A DNA stretch of 64,000 nt from a virus (IMGVR_UViG_3300042892_005180:1-64000); one strand, 5' to 3'. Shown: positions 33,889-43,994, counted from the first letter of the stretch. A program made the numbers and translations. The notes: generated from the sequence alone by a model not told the origin.

Positions 33889-36195
33889 TCAGAGCTTGCA
33901 GGCTTCGCAGTCGTCGTCTTCGAGTGAAGGAAGGACGTCGTCGTCCTTGCTGAGATCGATGGGACCGCTACCCGTCTCTATCTCTTGACCATCGTAGGTA
34001 TTGTAGTAGTAGAGGTTCTTCCCGCCAAACTTGTAGAAGTTGAGGAGATCGGTGATCATTTCCTTCATGGAAATCTCGCCGCCCTCGTAGTTCTGGGGAT
34101 TGTAGGACGTGTTGACCGAGATCGATTGGTCGATGTATTTCTGAAGCAGGCAGGTGATGTTCAGGTAACCACGCGGAGACTTCTGGTCCCACAGGAGGTC
34201 GAACTTGTTCTTCAGCTTGCCAATCTCGGGTACGACTTGACGCAGAACGCCGTGCTTGGAGACCTTCTCCGAAACCAGGGCCCGCACCGGCTCGATGCCG
34301 TTGGTGGCGTTCGAGAGTTGCGCGGAGGTCTCAGCAGGCATCAGGGCCATGACGGTGGCGTTGCGGATGCCGGTGGCGATCAGTTGGGACCGAAGTGCTT
34401 CCCACGGCATCCGCTCAACGTGCGGAACCAGTTGGTCGATGTCCGCCTTGCGGGTGTCGATGGGGAGAATGCCCGCCGCGTAACGGGTGCGGTCGATGGA
34501 TTCACACGCGCCTTTTTCGATGGCGAGATCGGCTGAAGCCTTGATGAGGTAGTAGGACCACGCCTCGGCATATTCGTCGATAAGCGGCAGCGCGGAGGCG
34601 TCATACTTCGCACCGTTCTTCGCGAGGAAGTAGGCGAGGTTGATGATGCCGACGCCGAGCGGACGGAACTCCTTGGTGGAGATTTCGGCCGCCTTCACCG
34701 GGTAGTCCTGATAGGTCAGGAGTTCGTCGAGGAACCGGATGGCCAGACGGCAGGGACGTTCGAAATCTTCGAGCGTTTTGATCTTGCCCCAGTTGATCGC
34801 CGACAGGGTGCAGAGGCTGATACGACCGTTCTCGTCGTCGATGCTTTCCAGCGGTACGGTCGGGAGAGTGATCTCCTGGCAGAGGTTCGACTGGGTGATC
34901 GGAGCCACGTCCGGCAGGAAGCTGCCGTGCGAGTTCGCGTGGTCGATGTTCATCAGATAGATGCGACCGGTTTCCTTGCGCTCGGTGAGGAACGCAGTGA
35001 AGACGTCGAGAGCCTTCATGGAGTGCTTGCGAATTTTCGTGTCGTTCTCATACTTGACGTAGAGGCGGTCGAACTCGTCCTGGTCCGCGCTGAAGGCTTC
35101 CAGAAGGCCCGGAACATCCTTCGGCGAGAAGAACGTGATGTCTCCACCCGAGATGAGACGCTGATACATCATGCGATTGAACAGGAAGCAGTAGTCCATC
35201 TGACGGATGCGGTTGAACTCGGTGCCCCGGTTGTTCTTCAGAACGACGAGGGATTCGAACTCGTAGTGCCACAGCGGGAAGTGGATGGTAGCCGAGCCAC
35301 CACGCACGCCGCCCTGCGAGCAGGACTTCGTCGCCGTCTGCATCAGACGCGCGTAGGGGAGGACGCCCATGTGCTCCTTGCGGCCACCAGCGACTTCGCT
35401 GCCGAGCGCGCGGATGGGACCCAGGTCGATGCCCAGCCCGGCCTTCTGCGAGATGTAGCGACCGATGGCGTGCGCGGTCGTGAAGATCGAGTCGAGACTG
35501 TCGCCGCAACGGATGGTCACGCAGGAACTGAACTGCTTCTCGGGAGTCCGAAGACCGGCCATGACCGGCGTCGGCAGTGAGATGTCAAAGGTTGAGACGG
35601 CGTCGTAGAAATCCTTGATGTAGTCCATCCGGGTTTCGCGCGGGTAGTTCATGAAACCTACGGCGGCGATCAGGATTTGTGCCATCTGCGGGGTTTCATA
35701 GATGGCGTTCGTGACCCGGTTCTTGACCAGATACTTGCCGCGCCATTGCTCCATGCCCGCGTAGGCGATGTCGTTGTCGCGCTGATGCTTGACGATCTTC
35801 TCCATACGGAGCCAGTCTTCGTCTGAGAAATTGTCAAGAAGCTCGCGGGTGTAGAGTTTCTTCTTGACGTTGGTCTCGACGAGTTGTCGAACCGTCCACG
35901 GCTCATAGCGGCCATAGACCTCCTTGCGGAGTTGATAGTTGACCAGCCGAGCAGCCACATACTGGTAGTTGGGCGTCTCTTCTGAAATGAGTTCCGAGGC
36001 TGATTTAATCAGCATCTCGTGGATGTCTTTGGTCTTGGTGTTGTTGCTGATCTGGAGCTTGGCGCGGAGTTCAAGCTCCGAGACCGAAACTCCGGTCAGG
36101 CCTTCACAGGCCCATGAGACAACTTTGTGGATTTTATCGAGGTTCAATTCCTCGCGGTCACCATTTCGCTTAACGACGATGGTCTTAGTAGGCAT
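33889..36195 (-). CDS. nrdA: Ribonucleotide reductase class Ia alpha subunit
   Basis: 768 aa, collinear with E. coli NrdA (ATP-cone, PTPVMAGLRTP, NLCQEI, C-terminal CxxC). A TAAATAC box lies about 33 nt upstream of ATG. Confidence 0.95.
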   Translation of the reverse strand: MPTKTIVVKRNGDREELNLDKIHKVVSWACEGLTGVSVSELELRAKLQISNNTKTKDIHEMLIKSASELISEETPNYQYVAARLVNYQLRKEVYGRYEPWTVRQLVETNVKKKLYTRELLDNFSDEDWLRMEKIVKHQRDNDIAYAGMEQWRGKYLVKNRVTNAIYETPQMAQILIAAVGFMNYPRETRMDYIKDFYDAVSTFDISLPTPVMAGLRTPEKQFSSCVTIRCGDSLDSIFTTAHAIGRYISQKAGLGIDLGPIRALGSEVAGGRKEHMGVLPYARLMQTATKSCSQGGVRGGSATIHFPLWHYEFESLVVLKNNRGTEFNRIRQMDYCFLFNRMMYQRLISGGDITFFSPKDVPGLLEAFSADQDEFDRLYVKYENDTKIRKHSMKALDVFTAFLTERKETGRIYLMNIDHANSHGSFLPDVAPITQSNLCQEITLPTVPLESIDDENGRISLCTLSAINWGKIKTLEDFERPCRLAIRFLDELLTYQDYPVKAAEISTKEFRPLGVGIINLAYFLAKNGAKYDASALPLIDEYAEAWSYYLIKASADLAIEKGACESIDRTRYAAGILPIDTRKADIDQLVPHVERMPWEALRSQLIATGIRNATVMALMPAETSAQLSNATNGIEPVRALVSEKVSKHGVLRQVVPEIGKLKNKFDLLWDQKSPRGYLNITCLLQKYIDQSISVNTSYNPQNYEGGEISMKEMITDLLNFYKFGGKNLYYYNTYDGQEIETGSGPIDLSKDDDVLPSLEDDDCEACKL

Positions 36196-36228
36196 ATTTT
36201 TTCATCTCTCAAATATAGGGACGCGTAT

Positions 36229-36678
36229 TTAACTGTCGATTGTGGCGTAAAACTTACCAGAGAATTGCCACCGTCCCACGACATCATGCCGAGTGTTTGG
36301 GTAGTCAATAACTTCACCGTAAGTGTAGTTGAGAACGCGCCGTTCATCAATAATCAAGACCAGCACGGCTTCGGAAATATCGTAGTCTCGGAACATTTCG
36401 AGGCGGAGACGGTCAGCTTTCATTCCTGCAAGACGCAGCGTGAACTCCATGCCGATGGCGACGCTGTTTCGGCACCAGTCGCCAGCACTGACCATTTCCC
36501 ACGGCGTCAGCCATGTGGAGGGTTGCTCGACATCGTAGGCGATCTTGGACAGCGGGGCCATGGCCCAGTATTTGGCGGTCTTCGCGAACTGTTCTTCTTC
36601 CGGTAGCCCCACTAGGCTTTTTCGAAACGCCTTCCAGTCTTCCAGGCGGTCCTGGGCGGGGAGGATGAACGGGTTCAT
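36229..36678 (-). CDS. hypothetical protein
   Basis: 149-aa ORF. Confidence 0.5.
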   Translation of the reverse strand: MNPFILPAQDRLEDWKAFRKSLVGLPEEEQFAKTAKYWAMAPLSKIAYDVEQPSTWLTPWEMVSAGDWCRNSVAIGMEFTLRLAGMKADRLRLEMFRDYDISEAVLVLIIDERRVLNYTYGEVIDYPNTRHDVVGRWQFSGKFYATIDS

Positions 36679-36680
36679 GA

Positions 36681-37355
36681 TTATGTCCTGCGGGCTGCTA
36701 CTACAATTTGCATTTGGAGACGGTAGGTATCGATGGTCGTGTTCTGGTATTCGATGGTCAGACGGTTCGACGAATCTTTCGCCGCCCGGAACCGAACAAG
36801 GGCCTGATTGGTGTGATCGATGGAGGTGTACTCATCGTGGAACTGAATGCTGGACCCCTGATCGACCAGTTCCATGATTCCACCGCGACGGGCTTCGTCA
36901 GCGGCGAACAGGAAGTAGCGAATTTGGGCGCCACCGGAATCGGTGTCGGTGAGGACGAGCGGAATGGTAGAACCCACCGAATAGGTGCCATCGGGGAGAA
37001 CTTCCTTGATCGTCAGTGCAGTCCAGGTCGAGCCCGTGATGGCCAGATCGGCTTCCACAAACGGCTTGCGGTCGATGGCACCGGTCGCCATGGCGGTCGG
37101 CCCGGCCAGACGATTCATGCGGTCGAACAGACGCGCGAACGTTTCCAGGCTGGCCTCGGTGAGGACTTCGATGTTGTCGCCCGGCGAAGCGGTGCGGTCG
37201 GGGAAGCCAGCTTGGCCTTCTTCTCCGCTGGGGCCAATGAAGAGGCGGCCGGTGTCGAGTGCGAAGGCCATTTCGGCAGGGTCGAGGATGCCGGAGATGA
37301 ATTCATCCTGATCGCCACGGCGAAGAAGGATTTTGCTGATCTGAGTGGTTGCCAT
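36681..37355 (-). CDS. hypothetical protein
   Basis: ATAAATACctgATG upstream, identical to the 15-mer at 2014. Confidence 0.55.
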   Translation of the reverse strand: MATTQISKILLRRGDQDEFISGILDPAEMAFALDTGRLFIGPSGEEGQAGFPDRTASPGDNIEVLTEASLETFARLFDRMNRLAGPTAMATGAIDRKPFVEADLAITGSTWTALTIKEVLPDGTYSVGSTIPLVLTDTDSGGAQIRYFLFAADEARRGGIMELVDQGSSIQFHDEYTSIDHTNQALVRFRAAKDSSNRLTIEYQNTTIDTYRLQMQIVVAARRT

Positions 37356-37362
37356 CAGGTAT

Positions 37363-38067
37363 TTATTCGACCGACGTGTGGTAGGTCTCGACGCGGTTCA
37401 GGAACGAATCCAGGTGCCGTTTGAAATCGTCCCCTTCGAGAATGAAGGTCTTGTACTGAAGATCACGGGCGGCCATGAAGATCACACCGACTTCAATTTC
37501 AGTGCTGAACAGTTCATTGTGAGCGAGCGCGTAGGCGGAAATCTGATCGAAGTAGTCGGGAATCATATCCCGCGTCCGCATCTTCTTTGCGTTCTTGAAG
37601 TCCATGATGGCGGGGCGGCCTTTGTATACCCCCACAACGTCCGTAGTGCCCGCGTAGAGGCCTGGGAAGAAAAGTGGGGTCTCGATGCCCCAGACCTCTT
37701 CGAGGCCGTCCAGCCCCTCTGTAATGATCGTGTTGGCCATTCTCTCGGCCATTTGTCGGATGAGGTTTGAGCCACGGGGACGCTCGCGTCCTTCGAGGTA
37801 GCATTCCATGTGTTCGTGGACGAGACTGCCGAGAGCGGCGCCCTGATCACGTGCCTTCTCGGCTTTGGCTTCGCCGACCCATGCCTTCCACTGTTCGAGG
37901 CCGGACTTGTCGGCGGTCGCGGAAAGGATGGTGGTCACGCTCGGGAGGGCCTCACCATCGGGCGTGACGTAGTGGCGAACGCCGTCAGGGCGAGTCTGCC
38001 GGTCAAGAGTAGGATAGGTGTAGAGGGGATTGATCGGCGGGGGTGCCGGGAGGTTTTGAACGATCAT
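37363..38067 (-). CDS. PD-(D/E)XK-family nuclease (phage exonuclease/Cas4-like fold)
   Basis: Motifs VTTIL...D-x-x-K (DVVGVYKG..IMDFK). Inferred by eye. Confidence 0.5.
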   Translation of the reverse strand: MIVQNLPAPPPINPLYTYPTLDRQTRPDGVRHYVTPDGEALPSVTTILSATADKSGLEQWKAWVGEAKAEKARDQGAALGSLVHEHMECYLEGRERPRGSNLIRQMAERMANTIITEGLDGLEEVWGIETPLFFPGLYAGTTDVVGVYKGRPAIMDFKNAKKMRTRDMIPDYFDQISAYALAHNELFSTEIEVGVIFMAARDLQYKTFILEGDDFKRHLDSFLNRVETYHTSVE

Positions 38068-38108
38068 CCCTTGAGTATAGTTTGGGGTCGGTTCAGAAAC
38101 CTAAATGA

Positions 38109-38486
38109 TTAGCCCAATGGCCCGTCAGATTTTTTCTTGACTGCTTTTTGGGCTTGCTTCGACGCGGTGGTGTGAATCTTCTTCACCTTCCGCTCGTGCT
38201 CTTTTTCATTGTCGGCGTTAGCCGTGGGGCTGGGAAGAGTGAGGAAGATTTTGTCTCCCTCGATCTTCTTGACCAGCTTGACCTCGTTGGGGTCCAGAAC
38301 CTGCATGACGACGTCGCGGTCGATAGTCAGGCCTGCACTGGAGGTCTTGAGTTTCTCGATCACCCGGTCAATCGAGATGAACTCGACCTTGTTCGCAGCA
38401 AGAGGCGTGAGGACGTCCAAGATGGACGCCCTCATGTCATCTTTCAAATGCGACGACGGTTGACCGAGGAACTCGAAGAGGAACAT
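38109..38486 (-). CDS. hypothetical protein
   Basis: 125-aa ORF coupled to the upstream gene. Confidence 0.45.
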   Translation of the reverse strand: MFLFEFLGQPSSHLKDDMRASILDVLTPLAANKVEFISIDRVIEKLKTSSAGLTIDRDVVMQVLDPNEVKLVKKIEGDKIFLTLPSPTANADNEKEHERKVKKIHTTASKQAQKAVKKKSDGPLG

Positions 38487-38488
38487 GC

Positions 38489-39274
38489 TTACTTGGCGTT
38501 CTTCTTCTTCATTCCGGCAGCAGCTTCCTTGACGATATCGACGACGTCAGAGACGTCAACATCGTACTTCTCGGCGACGGCGCGGGCAGCGGCGCCGGGC
38601 TTAACGCCCGAAACCATGGTCTTCTGGAAGGATTCCAGGATGGCACGGTCGAGGCTCTCGACGCTTTCCTTGCGGGCGCGGCCAGCGGCCGAATCATCGG
38701 CGACCGGGTCTTCGAGTTCCATGTCGAGACCGGCACCGTCGTCGGGCAGTTCCATGTCCATGTCGGGAACCATGTCGGTGTCCGGCGCGTCGCCGAGGTC
38801 ACCCATTTCGCCACCCATCATGTCGGCACCCATTTCGGGAGCAACGTCGCCGCCGAGTTCGTCGCCCATGCCCATGTCGTTCATGGGCTCGCCGACGTCT
38901 CCGCCTTCGAGACGGATGATCTGGTTGCCGATCTGGTCCTTGGCGGTCTTCAGGGCTTCGACGAGGCCACGAAGGCTTTCGGTCGCTGCCGTGTTGAAAG
39001 CTTCAGCGGCTTCGGGGCCGAAAGCAGCCTTCATCCCGTCAAGGATGGGCATGACTTCCTCAACCTCAATCGACGCGGCTTTCTCGGCCATGTCCTGAAG
39101 CTTGTCCGTGATCGCTTTGGCGGCCAGGATAAGCTCGTAGTTTTCCAGTTCAGATTCGACCAGTTGGACGAACCGCGACGGGCGGTTGGCTTGCGATTCG
39201 CGCAGCCGGGCGATCTTCGCTTTCGTTTCATTGATCTGGCGGAGAACAGCCATAGCTTCGGTCTTCTTGCTCAT
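38489..39274 (-). CDS. highly acidic, low-complexity, alpha-helical protein
   Basis: Composition only (DMGMGDELGGD.. repeats). Confidence 0.5.
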   Translation of the reverse strand: MSKKTEAMAVLRQINETKAKIARLRESQANRPSRFVQLVESELENYELILAAKAITDKLQDMAEKAASIEVEEVMPILDGMKAAFGPEAAEAFNTAATESLRGLVEALKTAKDQIGNQIIRLEGGDVGEPMNDMGMGDELGGDVAPEMGADMMGGEMGDLGDAPDTDMVPDMDMELPDDGAGLDMELEDPVADDSAAGRARKESVESLDRAILESFQKTMVSGVKPGAAARAVAEKYDVDVSDVVDIVKEAAAGMKKKNAK

Positions 39275-39588
39275 TTACGTTCCTTTCGCGATGATCGCGT
39301 TCTGGTTTTAGTGCGTGTGGGCGCGATTTCACGAAGGAACAGACCCGCTGCTTCGCTGAGCAATACAGCTTTAGCGTAATCTTCACGTTCCAGAGCTTCA
39401 GCTACGCTGAATTTCGATAGAATAGCTTCACGTTTCGCCATGTAGTGTTCGCGAACGAACTCCACGGTTTCACGAGATTTGATATCAAGAGCCAAGTCGA
39501 ACCGCTTGGTCAGTTCCTCGTTTAGACGAGATACCTTCCGCAGTGCTTCCTTGCGCTCATAATAGCCTATCATTCGTTGCCCAATCAC
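39271..39588 (-). CDS. hypothetical protein
   Basis: An ATAAATAG box lies about 32 nt upstream of ATG. Confidence 0.45.
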   Translation of the reverse strand: MIGQRMIGYYERKEALRKVSRLNEELTKRFDLALDIKSRETVEFVREHYMAKREAILSKFSVAEALEREDYAKAVLLSEAAGLFLREIAPTRTKTRTRSSRKERK

Positions 39589-39619
39589 ACACGTTGTTGA
39601 CTGAGCTATTTATGCTTGG

Positions 39620-40105
39620 TTAGAAATCCGTGGGCACGGGCAGGCGTTTGTAGAGTTGATGGGCCCGATCATAGGCGACCGAGTGGAGGTCTTCGGCTCG
39701 TTCCGCTTTCTCCGGGCTGGTCGGCCACAAATCCCGAGCCCGAGCAAGTTGGTACTCAGCCTCGTCGCGTTGGCGCGTATATTCGCCGTTGGTCATCACG
39801 ACTGACATGATCTGAAACGCGCGCGGCGCCAGACCGCGATTGAGAAGTCGGACGATTGACTGGGCGGTGTCATAGAAGGCGATTCCCTCGTGTGCGACAT
39901 CCCCATTCTTGGCCGAGCATATCGTGAAGGTTTTGTCATCCTTGCGGATGATGTCCCAGGACCCGACCCGAACGGAGTTGGGGCCGAGCTTGACTGTCTG
40001 GATGGCCTCTCTGAGGGTGGGGTCCGTAAGGGACATCCGGGCAAGACGCGTTGCCGCAGCGTCGGCGAGTGCACCGACGCTCTTCATAGTATTGATGTCC
40101 GACAT
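39620..40105 (-). CDS. hypothetical protein
   Basis: SD GGAG upstream. Confidence 0.5.
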   Translation of the reverse strand: MSDINTMKSVGALADAAATRLARMSLTDPTLREAIQTVKLGPNSVRVGSWDIIRKDDKTFTICSAKNGDVAHEGIAFYDTAQSIVRLLNRGLAPRAFQIMSVVMTNGEYTRQRDEAEYQLARARDLWPTSPEKAERAEDLHSVAYDRAHQLYKRLPVPTDF

Positions 40106-40329
40106 TAGATTCTCCAGGTATCGTCAGCGTTAGGTCTAAAGAACGTGACCTCGTCCTTCTTGAACCGACGCAAAAGACCGCGTGACACCATGGTGCGCGC
40201 GATCTCGTTCTGCCGGTCGTTCAGGTCATTGCGGGCGATATCGTTCCCGCCATCAGCCAGTGAGAGGATTGCCATCTCATCGGCTGACGCGGGGACTCTG
40301 AATCCGCCTGCAATTTCGAAATAACGCAT
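40105..40329 (-). CDS. hypothetical protein
   Basis: 74-aa ORF. Confidence 0.4.
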   Translation of the reverse strand: MRYFEIAGGFRVPASADEMAILSLADGGNDIARNDLNDRQNEIARTMVSRGLLRRFKKDEVTFFRPNADDTWRI

Positions 40330-40376
40330 CTAGTAGAGGTATCCTAATGGCCAGATATCTGGGACTCAATATATTC

Positions 40377-41555
40377 TTAGAGCTTCCGTGCGCGAGTGCG
40401 CCCTTCAGCAAGCATGACGTTTGCTAGAGCATCAAGGCGCGACTTTGCTGCCTTGAACTGAGCAACGGTCAGGTTCTCGATGTTGCGCTCCAGCACGGCC
40501 AGAGCGTCTTCAACCGCAGTCGAGATGCTGGCGTCAGCGGTTTCGCATTCTTCACCCTTGGACAGGTCGATCACCTCGGGCTCCGCTTCCAGAGCATTGG
40601 AGGCCATCGGGGTTTCGGCAGTCACGGCCTTGACGTTGGCGGCGACCTGAGCGAGCGGAATATCGGCAGCCATGACGGCCGGGGTACGAACGCCCGCCAG
40701 GGCCTGCATGCGGGAAATGTCCGGCATGGCAGTCATGCCGAGCACCATCTCGTCGAGCTTGGGCTTGCGGCTTTCTTTGACCTCGTCCTTTCTGACCATT
40801 TTCTCTTCACCATTGACGAGCACAGAGGCGGTGTCGCCAGGAGCGTCAGGGTTCTTCACGACGGCGTCTTCACCATCGACGGTCACTTCGTCACCAACAG
40901 CCACGTTTTCGGATACGAGGGTCTCGCCGGTTCCGGCCACGGAGGGCAGCAGGGTGACGGTCAAGACTTCGTCTCCGTCTTTGTCCACGCCGTAATCGAC
41001 CCGGAAATTGTGACCTTCGTGGCTGAACTGCTGGGGCTTGTCTTCGACATACGACGATTCCATCGCCGCGAGGGCGAAGACGGTATCGAGATCGGGACCG
41101 CTGGCCTCAAAGTTGGCCAGAGAAATAAAGAGGTCTTCGGTGTTCTTGTAGCGGTGTTCCTTGAACTCGATGCGGGGCATGGCCTCACCGCTTTCGGTGA
41201 CGGGCTCGTTCGGGGTTCCGAAAGCCTCTTGGCTGAGACGGAAGGCCACGGCTGCGGCGACGCCGACCGAGACCCGATATTCCTTGCGGTCGTGAATGAT
41301 CTCGTTACCGTTCTTTGTCACGATCAGGTCGTAGGTCTTGTTGTTGACGTCCATGTGGACTTCAGCCTCGACGCCTTCCGAGGGGAAGGTGCCCTTGAAG
41401 ACGTAGACCTGGGCGATACCGTCAGCCTTGTGCCAGTTGCCGCCCGTGCAGGCGATGTTGAGAGCCATGGCGAACGATTTCGGGGCCGCAGGTTCTTCGG
41501 TGACCACGGATTCGGTCACGGTATTGGGGTCGAGATAGCGGCGCAGAATGCTCAT
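40377..41555 (-). CDS. hypothetical protein (392 aa, acidic)
   Basis: SD AAAGGAA upstream. Confidence 0.5.
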   Translation of the reverse strand: MSILRRYLDPNTVTESVVTEEPAAPKSFAMALNIACTGGNWHKADGIAQVYVFKGTFPSEGVEAEVHMDVNNKTYDLIVTKNGNEIIHDRKEYRVSVGVAAAVAFRLSQEAFGTPNEPVTESGEAMPRIEFKEHRYKNTEDLFISLANFEASGPDLDTVFALAAMESSYVEDKPQQFSHEGHNFRVDYGVDKDGDEVLTVTLLPSVAGTGETLVSENVAVGDEVTVDGEDAVVKNPDAPGDTASVLVNGEEKMVRKDEVKESRKPKLDEMVLGMTAMPDISRMQALAGVRTPAVMAADIPLAQVAANVKAVTAETPMASNALEAEPEVIDLSKGEECETADASISTAVEDALAVLERNIENLTVAQFKAAKSRLDALANVMLAEGRTRARKL

Positions 41556-41847
41556 TGCGGATTTCCTTTGTCATCAGTGCGGACCAGCGAGAAGCGTTTC
41601 CGGGGTGAGATGTCGGGGTTGATCTGAGATTTCTTGATCTCTTCACCGCGACGGGACCACCGGACAACGTTCGTATTCGTAAGCATATCGTTTAGGAACA
41701 TGGGCACACTGAGGTTGATTTTGTAGAGTATTTATGCCGATGGACAAATAGTCCGTTATGGCTTTATTGCAGCCGACTCGGGCTCGGATGATAAATAGTT
41801 TCACAAACCCCAAATGGGGTTGTTCAAAACCCGAAAGGAATACTACT

Positions 41848-42213
41848 ATGGTTGATAAAGTAAACGGCGCAGTCGCCGCAGGCGAAGCTCTCGGTCGTGA
41901 TCTGCACTACTTCTCGCTGGCCATCACCGGCAACCTCGACATCGCTGCTGCGGACGCTGCCGACGCGGCTGCTGCCAAGAAACTGCGCGAAAAGCTGATC
42001 GAAGTCATCTCCCTGAATGGCCAGCCGGTCATCCTGGGCAGCTTCGCTGGCACCCTGGCTTCGTCTCCGACGCTGAAGTTCGCTGTCGAGCACATGGATG
42101 CTTGGTCGAAGGCCTCGCTTGAAGCCGCTATCGCTGCTCACTGCAAGGTCATCCACGCTGATGACGGCGTTGTCGGCCTGACGGCTGTCGCGACCCTGAC
42201 CAACACTCTCTAA
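41848..42213 (+). CDS. small hypothetical protein, likely highly expressed
   Basis: A TAAATAG box lies about 47 nt upstream. The leader has a 5-bp hairpin and SD AAAGGAA. A strong terminator follows immediately. Confidence 0.6.
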   Translation: MVDKVNGAVAAGEALGRDLHYFSLAITGNLDIAAADAADAAAAKKLREKLIEVISLNGQPVILGSFAGTLASSPTLKFAVEHMDAWSKASLEAAIAAHCKVIHADDGVVGLTAVATLTNTL

Positions 42214-42236
42214 GAGTAGGTCACACAGACTAGGAA

Positions 42237-42266
42237 GCCCCCGGTTCGCCGGGGGCTTTTTTTATG
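42237..42266 (+). terminator. Rho-independent terminator (GCCCCCGG-ttcg-CCGGGGGC plus T7)
   Basis: aagcccccggttcgccgggggcttttttt. Confidence 0.75.
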
Positions 42267-42645
42267 CCTCGACGACGGCGCCGGTCAGGGCCAGAGTTTC
42301 GGCCGAGGCCGCCGCATCCATCGCGCGAATGCTGCGAGTCAGTCGGATGCTCGAAATTCCGTCGCGGGTCGGTGCCAGTTGGGCCAGCACCATGGCGGCC
42401 ACATCCTGCATCTTCCAATGATGATGTTGGTTCTGGGTGTTGCGCATCCGCGAGATATCGGGCGAGGGCCCGTCCTGGTTCACCGGGGCGGCGACGAACG
42501 GCTTGTCGTGCAGTTGCAGCGAAGCCAGAACAGCAAGGGCGTGCAGGAGTTCGGTCGGCATGGTGACCGTGGACGTGCCGTCCTTGTTGACCACCGCGAT
42601 GTTCGCGAGATCGGTCAGGTCGGTGTCGTAGATTGCGTCGGTCAT
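42262..42645 (-). CDS. hypothetical protein
   Basis: Textbook promoter TTGACA-16-TATGTT followed by AAGGAG before ATG. Confidence 0.55.
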   Translation of the reverse strand: MTDAIYDTDLTDLANIAVVNKDGTSTVTMPTELLHALAVLASLQLHDKPFVAAPVNQDGPSPDISRMRNTQNQHHHWKMQDVAAMVLAQLAPTRDGISSIRLTRSIRAMDAAASAETLALTGAVVEA

Positions 42646-42663
42646 GTCGTTCTCCTTGAAACC

Positions 42664-42691
42664 AACATAGCCGACGCAGAGAGTTTGTCAA
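42664..42691 (-). promoter_or_regulatory. sigma70-like promoter TTTACTTGACAA-16-TATGTT
   Basis: Direct sequence observation. Confidence 0.5.
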
Positions 42692-42741
42692 GTAAAGATT
42701 TGGAATTTACGAAACCGTTTTCGGTATGCTAGAAAATAACC

Positions 42742-43626
42742 ATGGCAGTCTTGATCGGGTCGCGGGCCCTACAGCATTGGTTCGGGGCCCATGAACCCAA
42801 AGACTGGGACGTCATCGTCACTCCGGCCGAACTCGATGCGTGGCTGACTCGAAACACGGGCATCATCGACCACGTTGTCGCCAAGCACTCCAAGAAAGTG
42901 ATCTGCATCCTCGTGCATGGTCAGCAGATCGAGTTCGAGATCGCCTATCCTGGCGATTCGTCCAGTCTCCTGCTCGCGTCAGTGAAGGGAACGCCCGTCA
43001 ACATTCCGGGCGGAGAGTCCTACGTGGCTCCACCCGAGGCCCTCTTCTGGACCAAACGGAGTCATGCCTATTGGCCGGTGCACTGGCATAAAACCATGTC
43101 TCACCTCACCTTCCTCAAGAGCCGCGTCGTCCTGTCCAAGACCGGGCGGGCCTACTACGAAATGCGCTTGAAGGAAAATATCGCCAAGTTCGGCGAGCCC
43201 AAGAAAGCCTACCTGGACCAGTCCAACGATGCCTTCTTTGGCAAGAGCGCGAAGATTGGCCGCGTATTCGAGCACGATTTCATTCACGAATGCATCTCCT
43301 ATCCCGCAGTTCCCATGCACGTCCGCTTTCGAGAAAACCCCAGCCGGGCTCTCATGTCGGAACGGTTGTTCCGCGAAGCGGAACTAAATGAACAAGTGCG
43401 GTGTGTGATCGAGGAAGCGATGGTGATCGGTATTGAGCGCAAGCTAATCCCCGGCCTCACCGATGACCCATCCATCGCCTACGCATATGGGCTCATGCGG
43501 CTTTCCACCACGCTGTCGTCGGGGTGGTTCCGGGAATTCTGCATCGATAACTATTCACTGTTCATGCACACGACCCCGTATGCTTACTGGGCCAAGTTTC
43601 GCCAACAATCTGGATGGCAGCCATGA
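42742..43626 (+). CDS. hypothetical protein (294 aa)
   Basis: Long ORF with protein-like composition. Confidence 0.5.
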   Translation: MAVLIGSRALQHWFGAHEPKDWDVIVTPAELDAWLTRNTGIIDHVVAKHSKKVICILVHGQQIEFEIAYPGDSSSLLLASVKGTPVNIPGGESYVAPPEALFWTKRSHAYWPVHWHKTMSHLTFLKSRVVLSKTGRAYYEMRLKENIAKFGEPKKAYLDQSNDAFFGKSAKIGRVFEHDFIHECISYPAVPMHVRFRENPSRALMSERLFREAELNEQVRCVIEEAMVIGIERKLIPGLTDDPSIAYAYGLMRLSTTLSSGWFREFCIDNYSLFMHTTPYAYWAKFRQQSGWQP

Positions 43627-43994
43627 ACCATCCCAAATACCCCATAGGCTCGTATGTCCTCCTCATGGATGGTTGCTTCTGGCGTTTCTACGAGGTCCGT
43701 CTAGACCCGTGGGTTTCGTCTAGCGAACTGATTGCCGTTGAGGTCGCCAAGAAAACGAAGCGACAGAGTCCCATGAAACCGTCCTGGCACAAAGCAGAAC
43801 GTTTCTTCAGGACCGAAGTCGTCTATCGGGTGCCCGCCAAATTCGCCCGCGCTAGCTATGCCACCGAGGAGGACGTCATCAACGCTTTCGACATGATGCG
43901 CTCGGTCCACGAAGCTCATGGGCCCTCGGGAGAAGCCGTGCTAGACCGCCTCAACCTCATCATAGAAATGACCCGCAGTGACGCTCCAGACTGA
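43623..43994 (+). CDS. hypothetical protein
   Basis: ATGA overlap with the previous gene. Confidence 0.45.
   Translation: MNHPKYPIGSYVLLMDGCFWRFYEVRLDPWVSSSELIAVEVAKKTKRQSPMKPSWHKAERFFRTEVVYRVPAKFARASYATEEDVINAFDMMRSVHEAHGPSGEAVLDRLNLIIEMTRSDAPD

Noticed and set aside
38489-39274. Calling the acidic 261-aa protein a T4 gp22-like scaffold with the neighbouring genes as a head module
   Set aside because: Neighbouring genes do not follow the T4 head-gene order (no portal or MCP-sized ORFs nearby), and the assignment rests on composition only.
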